Source of the DNA: Rhodosorus marinus CCMP1338
Taxonomy: Eukaryota > Plantae > Rhodophyta
DNA length: 248,000 nt
Direction: 5' to 3'
Assembly (NCBI GenBank): GCA_029953675.1
Contig: JAMWBK010000008.1
Coordinates: forward strand, 1,632,001-1,880,000
Shown here piece by piece: positions 191,687 through 206,400 of this stretch. Position numbers and translations under genes: made by a program. A model generated the notes under the pieces. It searched no databases and was not told the origin of the DNA. It saw only the letters and a program-made list of their open reading frames with translations. Positions within the stretch are counted from its first letter, which is position 1, and each line of letters starts with the position of its first letter.

Positions 191687-193564
191687 CTAGCCCACGGTCT
191701 TTCCATCGTTCGCAGGTACTGTGTTGGACGCGTAGTCGGGTCGAATTTCGTTCGGCCGCTTGGGAACCGGCGATCTTGGAGACTTATAAATGATGAACAA
191801 GAGCAGCGCCCGAACACACATCATCAGGTTAAGCGCAGCCCAAATCGCCTGTAGCGGAAGGCTGAGCTGCTTCACTAGACTGAGGCCCGCCCATGCACAA
191901 GCACAAGCCACTGTGACCGCCGCGGCAAGTGTGGTAAACTGTCGGCCCCCGGAGTAGATTCCGTCGAAGACAAACACCATGGCGTTGATGGGCATTGTGT
192001 ATGCCATGATCGGGAAGCTCTTCCTCAGAAGGTTCACCACGTTCGGATCCGCGGTGAACGCTGTGGAAAACCACCCGGAACATAGAGTTAGCACAACACT
192101 GAACGATACGCCCAATAGAAACCCGACTTGCAGAACCCTAATTCAGCAGTTAGATAGACGGGCCACAAAAGACTTAGCAGCAGGCCCCTTGAGCAAATTC
192201 ACCACCAGCCAAATTACTATTTGGAGATGCTATTTCGTCGATCGTACCTGTTCGATGCCTGTCTTGCTGTCTCATAATCTCCCCTTCCGAGGTTAACGGG
192301 AATGAGGGATTGCGCTGCGACGGACATGGAATCAAGCAATCGCGAAAATAGCGTCCATATCTGCCTGCCGATTTCAAACGCCGCCAGATTGACGCTGCCT
192401 TTCGATGCCGCAGTTGCTGTCGCGAAGGAAACGGTGGACATGATTGACAGCGTTCGGACGGACAAGATAACGCCAGTTTTCAGCAACGGAACTACTTTTG
192501 TCAACTCCGGAGGCCTCCTGAGATCGGACACCTTCAGAAGACCTTTCCTGACCATGAGGATGAACAGCCCAGTTGAAAGCGTGATTTGTCCCATAGCAGT
192601 CGCCAGACCAGCCCCGATAACTCCCATCTTGTAGTAGAAGATCAGCAGTGGGAACAGAGTTAGGTTCACCACATCCGCGATAATTCCCACAAAGAACGGT
192701 GTCCTAGTATCTTGATAACCGCGAAACGCTGCCTGACAAACCATGATCGACAGAAAGAACGGTGCGGCAAGAATTCTCGCCCTCAAGTACGACTTGGCGT
192801 ACGGAAGGACAAGCGTATTGGCACCGAAGAACTGCACAATTGGGCTTGTGAATGCAGACAGGACAATGACTGCTGTCATGCCAGCGATGAAGGCAATCCA
192901 CAGAGCCGAAGCTATGGTTCTCGAAGCCAATTCTCGATCCCCTCGACCGAAGGCCTCTGCGATCTGTGGCGTGGTTACCATCCCCAAAAAGTTAAAACAT
193001 GTAAAGGACAAATTGAAAACGTTGTTGCTGATTCCCACGCCACCAAGTGAGAGAGCACCGAGGCGGCCCAGAAACGCCGTATCCGCCAGCGCGACGAGCG
193101 GATCCAAGGCAAGAGCACCGAGAGCTGGAATAGACAACTTGGCTATCTCCCGATCCACTTCAGATTGTGTGAAGATCTCGCGAACACTCTTTTGTACATT
193201 CTGCAGCCGGACCGGGATGGAAACAAATCACGCTCGTCTCGATGAGCACAAGAAGTAATGAAATCATGATAACGTGGGAAGATATTTCGTGGCCTCGACC
193301 CCTCTAAACTAACAATCTCTTAGGCCAACCTGATCGTACCTGAAGGAACACTGGTCGCTCAGTGACAACAACCTCTTCGTCGGCTGCTGCTTCCTCCTCT
193401 TCGAAACTGTCAAGTTTATCCGAACTGGGCGTGTCCGCGATTTTTGCGTGCGTCAATTCCCTCCCTCGTTTTCGACAATCCCATCGTTTCCAGACCAACC
193501 CCTTACGAGACTCAACCGCTCTGTTGTTTCCAGCTGGTACACTAGGCACGAAACCTCCGACCAT
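191687..193564 (-). CDS. MATE (DinF/DTX-like) transporter, probably plastid-targeted, spliced
   Basis: DPLVALADTAFLGRLG, RGYQDTRTP, SMSVAAQSL, FVFDGI. Confidence 0.9.
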
Positions 193565-196053
193565 CGAAAAAAACAGTCGGCGCTCTTCAAACTCCCCTAC
193601 ACCCCCCAACGGGAAGCCCACTCAGATATTCACAATATTACAGCACTTTCTTACTGAACCACAATGGGCCAAAAAAAACAGAAATAAAAATACCCACCCC
193701 ACTCCTCTCCTCCCTCCCACAACTGCTAGCAACTTCAAACCACCAATTAAAAACGTCTATAAAGCACTCTCCTCACGCTCCGCTAGACAACGATTTGCAA
193801 ACGGACCATCCAGTTGATACCACCAACAAGCACAGATCGAGGGGGAACGTTATCTCAAAAAGGAATAGAAGGTCTCAAGATACTAAACTCCAGTCATCCA
193901 AAATCTCTCCTCAATCTCAACGCTAATCCGTTACCCCCAGCCTGATCAAACTAAAACAAGGAAATACCTATTCAAACAGGATACGTAGAGACTTTTACTT
194001 TTCCTCTTTCTTTCCCATCCTTCCCAACTTCAACCCCCAACCCCCCTCCCGCGCCTCCCCCACATACCCACAAAAAAAGCATCTTCATTCCATCGCAGCC
194101 GGCGCACCGACAGTGCCACCCATTTCCCCCACTTTCGTCCAAATGGGGTTTTGTGAAAACCGCTTTCCCACCGAGGTCATGGGAAATGACTCAATTTAAC
194201 TGTCATCCACGAACGCCCTAAATATCTCTCAAGGCTAGCTTTGTGATGAAAGAGTAAATTCTTTATTGTAAATAAAACGAGAGTATATGACGAGAATAAA
194301 TGTATTTAAGAAATGTTTTTGCATAGGTGACAATTAATTCATAGCTCGATTCACATGTTGGCTGACCGATTTACCGATTCGCTCTCTGAAAATTCTTTGA
194401 ATCGGATAGATCCCGTTTAGTGTCACTGATGCCCTGGATGATTTTTCTGAATTTTGAAGTTTGTGTTGATTAGATTGAAAATATGGAGCGTTAGAGGTTT
194501 TTCTTGATTGAATAAGGGATTCTGAGAGCAGATGGGAGAGATGACAGATAAGCGCATGCTTGCCGAATGCTATGATCGTGGAATTGAGATGGTGTTTTGC
194601 TTAATTATTAGAGGCCCTGAATTGGGCGGGGGTGGAGGTTCTGGATGCATTTATCTTACCCCCCTTATCCTAATTTTACGGGAAAAAAGGTAGATACATC
194701 TGGGCGATTATTTAATTTTCTAGATGAAATAAAAATGAGTATAGTGCGATGGTAGGCACGTATATCAACCCGTACATCAGCAATAGATTAACGCGATAGG
194801 TTTGTGAACGCGGACTTTTCGATGGGGTTGATCGAAGGAGCACGCAGACTCGAACAGGGCCAGGAGGTCAACCATAAACCCTAAATAGCTCATTTTCACA
194901 TTTATTTATAAAAATAACCATTTCCCGGCAATGTACGGTATCGAATTACCCCTAAGAAGTTGCGCGCAGCTTCGGGGTCAACAGAGTCAATCTTTGTGCT
195001 CATAATGACTGCGATAATGGCTGACGAAAAATAGGACAGACTGTATTATACAACCAATCACACTCTCGAAAACCACACGAGTCGTAATTTATTCTACTAT
195101 ACATGATAACTCAAATGCAGACGTGGCACACGCCCCTTTCGTGCGGAGCTTTCTCCTTCGCAGTCTCCATCGGTTCCATAATGACTGAGATTTCTGAAAA
195201 CGAGTATCCTGGGGAAGCGGAAGAATTCATCCTTTGTTTTTCGGTTGAATTAAGATGGATGGATCTGGAAAGCAACGGCTTTGCTTGCGGAACTGAGTGA
195301 TCAGGCTTGCTCCGCCGAGCTGGCGATGGAAACGATGGGTCGTGCTTTGGGGGGGGGGGGAGTGTGGGGAGCGCAGGTGGATGCGATGGACAGGAATTCC
195401 GTTTAGTAGCATCCATAGTACACTGGGCATATATGAATTCCCTTGTTTCTAGTCTTTTATCTGGTCTTTGTCTCGTGAACAGTACGCAAGGACGTGGAGA
195501 GTTCTGATCTTGACCTGGATTTCCGTCTCGAGCGGGTGCCCCGTCGCATTTTCTTCTGTTTTTGGAAGGGGGAGGTGACTTTTGAAAGTAGCACCGCGAG
195601 TGACGGCCATGTTCATCTTTGATTCGCGATCGTAGGGTTTTACCGCGTTCGCCCGTGCACAAGCTTTCGGACATGGCCCGTGGTGCCTTGTTTGTTGAAA
195701 TTAAAGTGCTATTCAGGATGGCCAGATCGCTCCATGGAAACAGAATCTCCCCGGCATCGTAGTCGGGGAAAAAGTTTGCCGCGCCCATGTCTTCTGTCCC
195801 TTCCCCCTCCAAACTCAATGTCTGTTTCCGAAAGGGTCGCGCAGGGCTGGCTGGTAAGAAGAGTAGGATAAAAAATCACTTGATTTTTATAGAGATAGTT
195901 AAAAGTATTCGCACTCCAACATTTGGAGAGGTTGGTATTTCAATAGAACAAAAAAAATATACGGTTCAGTTCTCCACTATGGCTTCCATTACATCTCCCG
196001 CGCGGCTTCCATCTTCGAATAGCTCTCCGCCACGCCAGTCCTTGGCGCGCTTC

Positions 196054-196806
196054 CTAGTAAATTGCGAGTACGAGCTCGCTCAACAAAGTTCCCTGCGAGG
196101 GATCCATGATCTCATCCGTTGCCCCGCCAAACTCTTCCTCGTCCAGCTTGCCATGATGACCAGAGAAGATGCTCCGCGGATCAAAGTCACCCGTCTTCTT
196201 CTCCGTTAAGTCCCCCTGGTTCACAAGAAAGCTCGACTTCGACTCCGCGCTATGGTCCCCCGGCTGAAGACTCGAAAGCATCTCTATGTCTCCCCCCTTC
196301 GTACTATTCTCTCCGTTCAGTCCAATTTTCATTTCATACTCCTAGGGGAAAGAAGAAAGCTCTGTCGGTCAACACAGAGATTATCACTCACAACATGCGA
196401 CAGATGACCCCTCTCTCAAACCCACCTTCTTGTGCTTTTGCCACAACCATAAATTATCCGCTCTGAATCCTCTGTTCTCCTCCCGTAGCTGGTGGATTTC
196501 ATTGCGCAAGTATGTCTTGTCATTTCTCAACTCGAGTTTCTCATTCTTCAAAGTATCCAGTTCCTTCCTCGTCAGCGCAATCATTCCCTCTATTTCTTCC
196601 AACAAACGCGCCTGCCTTTGAATCTTCTCGCTGGCCCGAACTAGAATCTTCTCCTTATCCGACCGCCTGCCAAGCGCACGATTCCCGACCTCCTCCGATC
196701 CCGCTGAAGAAGAGAACAGCAGCGCCTGCAGTTCATCAAAGCGAGTGTGCATGAGCTCCCTTCGCTTCCTCTCCAGCGTCCTCTTCTTTCCCTTTGCACT
196801 ATCCAT
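196054..196806 (-). CDS. bHLH-zipper transcription factor, spliced
   Basis: ERKRRELMHTRFDEL..DKEKILVRA..LRNDKTYLRNE. Confidence 0.85.
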
Positions 196807-198730
196807 CGCCTCAAACCAAACAAATAATAAAAACAGCTACACAGCGCAAGACCACCACGGCGTCCTCCACCGCACCAACCAAAAAAAACAAAAACCAGCG
196901 ACAAGAGAGGTAACACCGAAAGAAAAGAGAAAACGGCTCAATCTATACACCCTCAGAAATGTTTCATACTCCTCTCACAGACAAAACAAAACAAACCCTT
197001 CTTCCTTTTCTACAAAGGTACCTCCGTCCTACCCTTTCCCTACTCCTTATCCATCCCCACCATCCCCAATCCTTCAATTTCAAAGCTCTTATGTGACTAA
197101 TGGTCCTCCAACAAATCCTCCCAAAATAGCCCAAGAAGCCTGGGCACCGAAAGGTCAGACTATTGGGGGTTCATTTAAGCAATTTTGCTCGTTTTTTTTA
197201 ACGTCCTGTCAAGATGTTATCAAATTTTCAAGAACGATAGACCTAAAGCAACAACTTTCATACTAAGCATCGCTTTTTGCAAGAGACTTCGTCATCGTTT
197301 GTATATTTTGTATATTTTAGGGCTGTTTTGGGCGCGAATTTTTGTCGATTGGAGAGAGCACAATTGGTTCTATCGATAGTACACTTTATGTTTAATGTTA
197401 ATTCGGTAAATAATTCTTTTTATGATATTTATTTTCCGTTTTATGGGTGATGATGATTGTTATTACACAATAGGATAGTAGAGGATGGTTGGCAGGGATA
197501 GGAACACTCCGGCTTTTTTTACTAATTTACGAAAGAAAAAAGCAATCGCGGAGGGGGGACTAGGTAGGCAGTTCTTGCTTTATATTTTTAGTTTGTTTCG
197601 TGGGAATTATAGGCACCTGACCGGATTTTTACGTCGTCTCGTGGTGTGGGGGGGTGTATTCGGTGGTGCGGCAAATTTTTTTAAGGGTACTTGAGTTTTG
197701 GTATCAGGAGCCATATCGAAATATAGGAAGCGCTGAATGCTATTGAATTTGATGAATTTCTTCCTTACTTTTCAGGAAACGCAGATCACGAGGGATTCTG
197801 GTGACATAGTGATAGATCGCGTTGGTGATTTTTTTGCAATCTAATAAGGGGTGGTATGTATATATCAATTTGGATGAATATGGATGATAAAATTTCAAAT
197901 ATTAAATAATCTTCTCGAACAATACTCCGGCTACTAGCCATGTTGGGGTTTGCAAATCCAGGAAACGGGGGGAGGGCACTGACTCGTCAATCCGTCATCG
198001 GTTGGGCGCCCCTGATGTAGGAAATTAAAAACGCCCGAAAGCAATCCGTCACCGGAAACTGTGGAATGAATATCGAAAATAAATACGACTCTGTCGACCC
198101 TAAAATGGAAAATCAGAGAGCTGTCTTATTATATGGCTAAGATTTTTTTCTGAGAGAAGGGGGGCGCGGAGGGGAGGGGGTGGGTGTTTGTGTATGTGTG
198201 TCTGTGAGCTGGTTCAATCAGCATTCGCGAATTAGCTTCGTCCTATAGCTCGTCGTTATGAGTCTTTGGGGACAGTGCTTGAGTCCCTCCCCGTGGTTGC
198301 TTGAGTGCTTTAGGGGGATCAACTTGGGCGTTGCTAGCGCCCTTGAAATCTCTTCTAAGTGTTGTCTAGGGGTGGAGTTCCGCCGAGCTGCGGCATATCC
198401 CACCAGTGCCGGGTTCCTTCTGGATTTTTTTCAATTTCCTGAATCATTCATTGATTTCATAGGCTTTCGGCATTCCCGCCCCTCCCCAGCTCCCTCCCCA
198501 GCTCAACGGCCCCGAAAAAAAAGAAAAAAAAGGACAGCCTGTCCTTAGTTTTTAATAAATGAATTGTGCTAGACGTTTTGTTTTCAAATCCACGTTTCCC
198601 AGGATATCGTCCAATCACAAGTCTCGCATAAAGGGGCAAACTAAATTTAGAACTCTTATCTTTTTCATGGCTTATCTACATAAAGCTATAATTTTCAGTA
198701 ATTGTCATTTGTGTTGACGGTTCTTAATGT

Positions 198731-198806
198731 AGAAGAGTCGGAAATTTAGGATCAGCTAATTCAATCAATGTTTTGAATTAGCTGATCCTAAATTTCCGAC
198801 TCTTCT
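198731..198806. repeat. Perfect 34-bp-stem hairpin with an 8-nt loop
   Basis: AGAAGAGTCGGAAATTTAGGATCAGCTAATTCAA-TCAATGTT-exact reverse complement. Confidence 0.92.
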
Positions 198807-198850
198807 CGTTCGAAGAAATTGTATGACAGGCTGTCTAGGAAAACTTTCTG

Positions 198851-201800
198851 TGTTTTACGTCTCAAACTGCCAGCTGGGTATTGCCTCAATTACTTCAGAT
198901 TTCCGGTTTTATTTCCCCCTAATTACTCCCTAATTAGGTAATATATCCCAATTCTATCTTGTTTTCTCCTATATCTTGCTTTTCTTTTCTTCTCTGCCCA
199001 GGTAACCTGGGAAATATCGAGTTTGCCCATCGTACTTATACTCTTGCTCCATCGGGATGTGCAATAACTATAAAGTCAAAAAGGGTGTTGCAGCTCCAGA
199101 GATTTTGGAACAGCCCTAGCATAATTTTGCATAGCCGGACATTGCTGGAAGGTGGAGACGTCACATCCCTGCCACGGAAGAAGAAGCGCGGGGTCGGGCA
199201 GATGCAGCAGCACGATGAAAGTTCATGTAGTAGCGAATTTGCCTTTTTGTAGCAGCGGTTTGTGGCAACTGATGAGCTGCAATCCATCGAGCATCAGCTA
199301 CAGTTTCACCCTCGAAGTATACCATATATTCGCTGGTTCCCTCTGGTTTCATCCGATGACCAAGTACGGATTTGATTCAAAGTCCGCGTAGGTTGTCGGC
199401 CGCTGGTCGTCCGCAATTAAGGTCCACCAGTACGAAGCATCGCTGACCAGGTAACATTCGGCCAAGTTTATCTTGTACGCATCGGCATCATCGGCAAGTT
199501 CCGCCAACTTGAAGTAGGTGCGGAGACTATTCAGGAACGTGCTGATAACTAAAGCATCTCGACGCCCGTCTTAGGTTTCGGGTTGGGGTGCGTGCAACTT
199601 GATCGGGGGCATGTTGGTCAGGTTCTTCTGGATTCTCGTCTCTCTCTTAAGGTCAGGTCCAGGTTTCGAAGTTTCTGGATCAGGTTTAACGGGTTTTCTG
199701 GTTGTGGGCTCATTTTCGTCAGGATCTCTGGTGGCGAATAGGGTCCTTAATCGCAAACATGCGATGAGACCAGATTTTTACGTCTCAAACTGCCAACTGG
199801 GTATTCAGGTTGTGTGTCAGGATGTACTTCTGTTTTTTCCGGTTCGTATTTTGGTGATTCTGGGTTATTTCCTTAAGCATACCCATTAATTGTTGCCAGA
199901 ATAGGCTGGTAAACTTCGTATCGCGATCGGAGACAATTGTTCGGGGTAGTCCCGCAAAGCGTACCCAGTTTTCGAAGAACAGTTCAGCGGTCTTGCATGG
200001 ATCTGCATCTGTCTTTGTTGGGATAAACTTTGCGTATTTCGAAAATCGGCCGACGATTATAAAAATTGCGTCGAAGCCGGATTCAGTCACCGGAAGACTG
200101 ACAATGAAGTCCATCGAGATATCTTGCAACTTTGATTCTGGTACTGGCAGAGGTTGTAAAAGCCCCTGAGCCGCCCTTAATGGTTTCTGACGCTGACATG
200201 TCTCACATTTCTGTATCAGGGACTGGACGTCATCTCGTAAGGTCCGCCAATAATATCGCCGCTTCAACAGGTTCACCCTTTTATGAAGCCCAAAATGTCC
200301 TCCCGTTGGCTCTTCCTGATGCCTCCGTAATAAATCGGGTATGAGTTTCTGGGGCACACAAACACGATGATGTTTGTACAGAATGTCCTGTTTCCTGCGA
200401 AATCCCTGCTCCGCATATTTTGCTGCTTCAGAGTAAACTGCGGTGAAATCAGGATCTTGCAAGTAAGCTTCTGACCAGTCTTCGGAGGGCGAGATATGTA
200501 AATCGCTTATTGCCGTTTTCCTTTGACATCGAGTACCAGAAGGGAACAGAAAATATCGCGGATCCTCTCAGTCGAGGCGCGATCAACCAGATGGCGATCT
200601 CCAGTATCTTGCCCTACGAAGATTGGTCAGAAGATTGGTCAGAAGCTTACTTGCAAGATCCTGATTTCACCGCAGTTTACTCTGAAGCAGCAAAATATGC
200701 GGAGCAGGGATTTCGCAGGAAACAGGACATTCTCTACAAACATCATCGTGTTTGTGTGCCCCAGAAACTCGTACCCGATTTATTACGGAGGCATCACGAA
200801 GAGCCAACGGGAGGACATTTTGGGCTTCATAAAACGGTGAACCTGTTGAAGCGGCGAAATTATTGGCGGACCTTACGAGATGACGTCCAAGTCCCTGATA
200901 CAGAAATGTGAGACATGTCAGCGTCAGAAACCATTAAGGGCGGCTCAGGGGCTTTTACAACCTCTGCCAGTACCAGAATCAAAGTTGCAAGATATCTCGA
201001 TGGACTTCATTGTCAGTCTTCCGTTGACTGAATCCGGCTTCGACGCAATTTTCATAGTCGTCGACCGATTTTCGAAATACGCAAAGTTTATCCCAACAAA
201101 GACAGTGCAGATCCATGCAAGACCGCTGAACTGTTCTTCGAAAACTGGGTACGCTTTGCGGGACTACCCCGAACAATTGTCTCCGATCGCGATACGAAGT
201201 TTACCAGCCTATTCTGGCAACAATTAATGGGTATGCTTAAGGAAATAACCAAGAATCACCAAAATACGAACCGGAAAAAACAGAAGTACATCCTGACACA
201301 CAACCTGAATACCCAGCTGGCAGTTTGAGACGTAAAAATCTGGTCTCATCGCATGTTTGCGATTAAGGACCCTATTCGCCACCAGAGATCCTGACGAAAA
201401 TGAGCCCACAACCAGAAAACCCGTTAAACCTGATCCAGAAACTTCGAAACCTGAACCTGACCTTAAGAGAGAGACGAGAATCCAGAAGAACCTGACCAAC
201501 ATGACCCCGATCAAGTTGCACGCACCCCAACCCAAAACCTACGACGGGCGCCGAGATGCTCTAGTTATCAGCACGTTCCTGAATAGTCTCCGCACCTACT
201601 TCAAGTTGGCGGAACTTGCCGATGATGCCAATGCGTACATTGATAAACTTGGCCGAAGGTTACCTGGTCAGCGATGCTTCGTACTGGTGGTCCTTAATTG
201701 CGGACGACAAGCGGCCGACAACCTACGCGGACTTTGAATCTACGTTGAGGGCGCAATTTTACCCCGCCGACGCTACGATACGAGCAAACAACAACTTGCG

Positions 201801-202844
201801 AATGCGAAGCAGAAAACCACGGTGGCCGCTTACTCAGGGTATTTTAACAAGTGCCTCATTCAAGTCGGTGCAATTTCGGACTCGGAGAAATCCGACCGGT
201901 TCGTTGAAGGGCTAAAGCCTGAGATAAGGAAATATATCTATATTCACGATATTTCCACATTCGAGGGAGCCCAGGCTCTCACCCTGAAAATTGAAGGCGC
202001 TGAGATGCCTACCCAGCCCCATCGAGTTAACGAGAAGTTTTCAACTGAGAAATCTACCTTCCCACTACGTCAACCTGCTATATATATGGAATTTGACCAT
202101 GTTGATAAGGTGGTTACGAACGGGGAGGGGGGGGAAGGGGGTAGTTTAGGCGTGGCCCTGCTTTCTCTGCCCTTGTGGGGGTTATGGTGAGCTTTTGATG
202201 GAGTGACTGAGGGTTTATGAGCTTTTGACCATTTTGGTTCGGATGAGGTGGAACTAGTGGAGCCCTGACCACTATGGCAAAAAGAAAAGGAGGGCGCTTA
202301 CCATGGCGAGAGAGTTGCGCGTGGTGGGTGATGACGTAATCGTAACCCCCGATGTTTTCGATCCCGAGTACTAATGTGAATGAGGTAGGAGACTTGGCAT
202401 TCACGGATGGCGAGACAGCTGGCAGACTGATGATCACGAGACGTGCAGGATATATTAGACACGAGATGTGCAGGATTTATGTGGCGCGAGATTTGCAGGA
202501 AACATGACACAAGATGGCGATGAGACCAGATTTTTACGTCTCAAACTGCCAGCTGGGTATTGCCTCAATTACTCCAGATTTCCGGTTTTATTTCCCCCTA
202601 ATTACTCCCTAATTAGGTAATATATCCCAATTCTATCTTGTTTTCTCCTATATCTTCCTTTTCTTTTTTTCTCTCTCCAGCTAACCTGGGAAATATCGAC
202701 CTTGCCCATCGTACTTATACTCTTGCTCCATCGGGATGTGCAATAACTATTAGGATCAAAAGGGTGTTGCAACTCCAGAGATTTTGGCGCAGCCCTAGCA
202801 TAATTTTGCATAGCCGGACATTGCTGGAAGGTGGAGACGTCACA
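198851..202844. mobile_element. Rearranged gypsy chromovirus locus: LTRs at 198851-199165 and ~202532-202844, chromodomain, and inverted integrase/PBS/gag duplication
   Basis: LTR TGTGACG..AAAACA; EYMVYFEG..RWI chromodomain; integrase GHFG..SMDFIV on both strands; gag identical in family to 2161-2933. Confidence 0.88.
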
Positions 202845-203496
202845 CTGTGCAGGTGATTGACCGTCCTTGAGGAAGGTGATAGGTGAATGAATGCGTTTTG
202901 GGTGGGAGCTTTTGGTGGCGTGTAGATTAGACAAGGTTTATAGACCAGGCAATACTTGTCATGGGGTGGATGAACGCATGTTGGAAGCTCGACTGACTGA
203001 AAGCAGTGAAGATTTGAGTAAAGGACAGCTTTCCACTCTGGTTGGAGATTGTTTTGTTTTGAAAAGCAACGATCGCTTTCCCGTTAGTATTTTAATGGAG
203101 GTCATCACACTCTGTATTATTAGATCTAGTAGAGTAGAGGTATGGGAACGGTTAGGTCTAAACAATCCTACCCACAATAATATTCGAGTACACTCAGCTC
203201 TCTGGAGGTTTGTTCGGTCCTGAACCTTCATCGGTGTTGAGAAGTATACCTCAACGCAGCTTCGCTCAAGAGTCAGTACTGAGCGTGTCAAGAATTGCGT
203301 TCCAAGAGGATAGTTCGACGAGACAAGCCATTACCTCAAGCTCGGCGCGATCAATTGATCAACGCCTGTAAATGGTAGTCCTTCATAAGGTTGCGCCCAC
203401 CGTCCTTTGTGTTGACCTGGTTTCTAGTATCCGCCGTGAGATGAATGCCATCGATTGATCTCAGAAAGGGATTTTCAACAACGCTGAGGATGACAG

Positions 203497-206400
203497 ATGC
203501 GACGGGAGGGACGACGTCTGCAGAGGGAACGTGTTGATCTTTTTTCAGTTGCGGTCAGGTGGGTTACTCCACCTTCGCTAGATATTTCAGCGCGAAGGGA
203601 TCATCCGCTCCGCGCTGCTTTGTTCTTTGTTTCTGTTTTCGCTGGAAAAGATGTCTTGAGTAGGACGACTCTCGTGGATCGCTCTGGGCGGCTTGGCTTC
203701 TGTTTTCTCATTTCTTCTTCGGAAGGATGGAAAACAACGCTAAAATGAGCCGCAGCTCTTCGAGTAGGGTAAAATGTTTCGTAGCTCGCCCCGGGGGACG
203801 ACCTTGCCGGAATGGAACAGTGCGACAGTCACGAATGTGTGCACGGGTACAAGCAAACCTGGCAGGCAGGAATAGACAAGGTACGGATTTCTCTTTCTTT
203901 TCAGTCAGTGAAGCTCTCCGATTTTGTCCTTATGTGGGTCACAAATGCTGAAGCATTTAAATCTTGTCCTGTCTTCTCAGACGGACCACCTGCTAGGCTC
204001 TTTCAAAGCTGGAAGAGCCCCAATTGGGCGTACCAGAGCGCGGTGGCCGAAGCTGAGAATGTCAAACTCGTGCAGGATCGCTCTCTTGAAGAGTTCTCCG
204101 TAAGCTAGAAAACTTAGACCACCGCTTGTGCATTGATTTGCGCACCTATCACAGGGGGCAGAATTTAAGTACAGCGATCTATTTTACAGGTTGAGCTTCT
204201 GTTAATCGCATCAAGCCGGCTGTACACTGCCCTCAGTAAAGTGTCCCTCCAGAGCGTGCGAAAATGGACATTGAGAGGAATGCTTTCATTAACGGTTCTA
204301 TCCTCGGCACTTCTGCTCTGGATCGGCTACTTTCGAGTTCAAGAGAACATCGCCATGTTGACGTTTGGAAGTCTATCCCAAGCGATGAATAGAGAGGTAA
204401 CTTCGGGAAACCCCGTTCCTCATCGCTTCCTGCTGGACCAAACCGCTGTTGCTCTAGTCGAATTTCCTGACAAAGGCTTGCTTCCATGCCGGCATTGGTA
204501 CACTCCAGGTGAACCTTGGAAGGCTACGCAGACTGAGCTTTTTCGGTCTCTGTTTCGGCAAAACGTCCCTCGCGAACTATATTCCAGCGAAAGGTGCTCT
204601 TGGCACATCCTGGGAGGAAGCACAAGGCTTCCCCACAGGTTCCTCTAATCAATGCGCTTGTCGTTCCCACTAGGAGAGATCATGACGAAACCGGACGTGA
204701 GCATAGATTCGATCGACGTTGAAGTTGTCGGGTTCTTCCCATTCCTCTTCAAGGATGAAACCCTCAAAGTTAACCTTAACTTACATCGACCGGTCGTAGC
204801 TCTCAGGCAGTCCTTGGAACCTGATAACCACTTCTGGGATCTCGGGATCCCGTTGACCGGAGCTGACGCTACAGTAAGGCACCAGCTTGCAAAACGGCAA
204901 TGGGCGAGCTCTCGACGACGTTGTTCCTAAAACTCGCTTCTACTCCGGATCCACTTGTGCTATAGCAACGTCGGGAGCGGATCAAGCGGTACCTGACCAA
205001 CGAAATTGTAAGGCCCGGGAAGGTCTCTCTAGACAATGCGAATGTGAAACTCACGCCATCTGGACACTTCGAGTTCGGACATGGACGGGTCACTCAAGAA
205101 CTTAGAGGAGTGCGTGGGGACATCGACTTTGATGCGATGGTGGTTAACGCATCTGCTGAAGGTCTCGTTTCCGACGATGGTGGCAAGATCAACGCGTCAT
205201 GCTTTTGCGATCTTGATAGTCTAGTGTACGCTGCTGGATCCACACTCTTGGCGTGTGTTCGGGCCACGCGCTCTGGCGAAGCTGAGGCTGATTGTACTTC
205301 GCTTTCGTTTATTTCACTTTTCCCGGCGCGTTCTCAACGATCAGTGCCCCTGAGGGAATCACCGTGCAGACGAACGTGAAGATGAGTGGACTAAGCAGCA
205401 GTGCAGCCGCCGGGTTTCTGAATCTTCCATTCCGGGCCACCGAAGGTGTCTGCAACGGAAATCTGAACGTGACCTTTGGAAGGGACTTGATAGTCCCAAA
205501 GGTTGACGGCGATCTCTTCCTAGAGTCGATTAATCTCGTGTTTCATCCGGATCCGAGTAAGTTTTTGAAGCTCCTGGAATCCGTTTCCAGCATGATCTAA
205601 ATACAGTTTCGGATTGCTCGGAAAATAGAAATGCCGCCGCTGAGTGATTGCAGTGGTAGGCTACGATTTGACACGCACGAGGTGTTCTTCGAGAGCCCTA
205701 CTGCAGTCTGCGGTACTATTCCAATGTTTTTTGATGGCTCCATCGACTTTCAGGGAGACTACAAGCTGAGCTCTCAAATCCGTCCAATGGATGTGAACTC
205801 GCTCCTTGACACATTTCAGATGGAAAGGTTCTTCCCAGTAGAGGTTGGTCTCATATGCAATTGGATATGGCATACTAGAGCCTTTGTCTCACCACTTCTC
205901 TTTTGTGGCTTCGTCTTTGCGATTTCACTAGGGAATGTTTGAAGGCCTTCTACAAATGAGAGGACCCTTGGAGGCGCCTATCATGACTGGACGAGCTCAT
206001 TCTACGGTCGAGGACAACATCGTCGACAAAATGGATGTCAGGAATGCGACCGCTGAGATATACTGGGACATCAGCTCGGGAAGGCTGCAGTTTCCAAATA
206101 TCAAGCTAGATCTTCTCGCCGGCGGTGTTGTCACAGGGAACGGAACGCTGTCGTTCGACATGACCAAGTAGGATAAAACGCGACTCCACGACATCGATAC
206201 TCCCAGTGGACTAACGGGAAAAATTTTCGCCGCGTGCCTCATTCCTAAGATTCCAGGGCGAAAGCTCGGCTGAACCACGGGATGCCATACCTGGCGAACC
206301 GGAGGATATTTTCCAGGTGGACCCGTACGCACTGGAGAGGCCCAGTGAAACAATCCTCTTCAATTTTTACGCTAAGAACGTTCCGGTAAGCGTTTCCATA

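Noticed and set aside
195111-195818. 235-aa ORF downstream of the bHLH gene
   Set aside because: No motif, low-complexity runs; could be UTR, so not called
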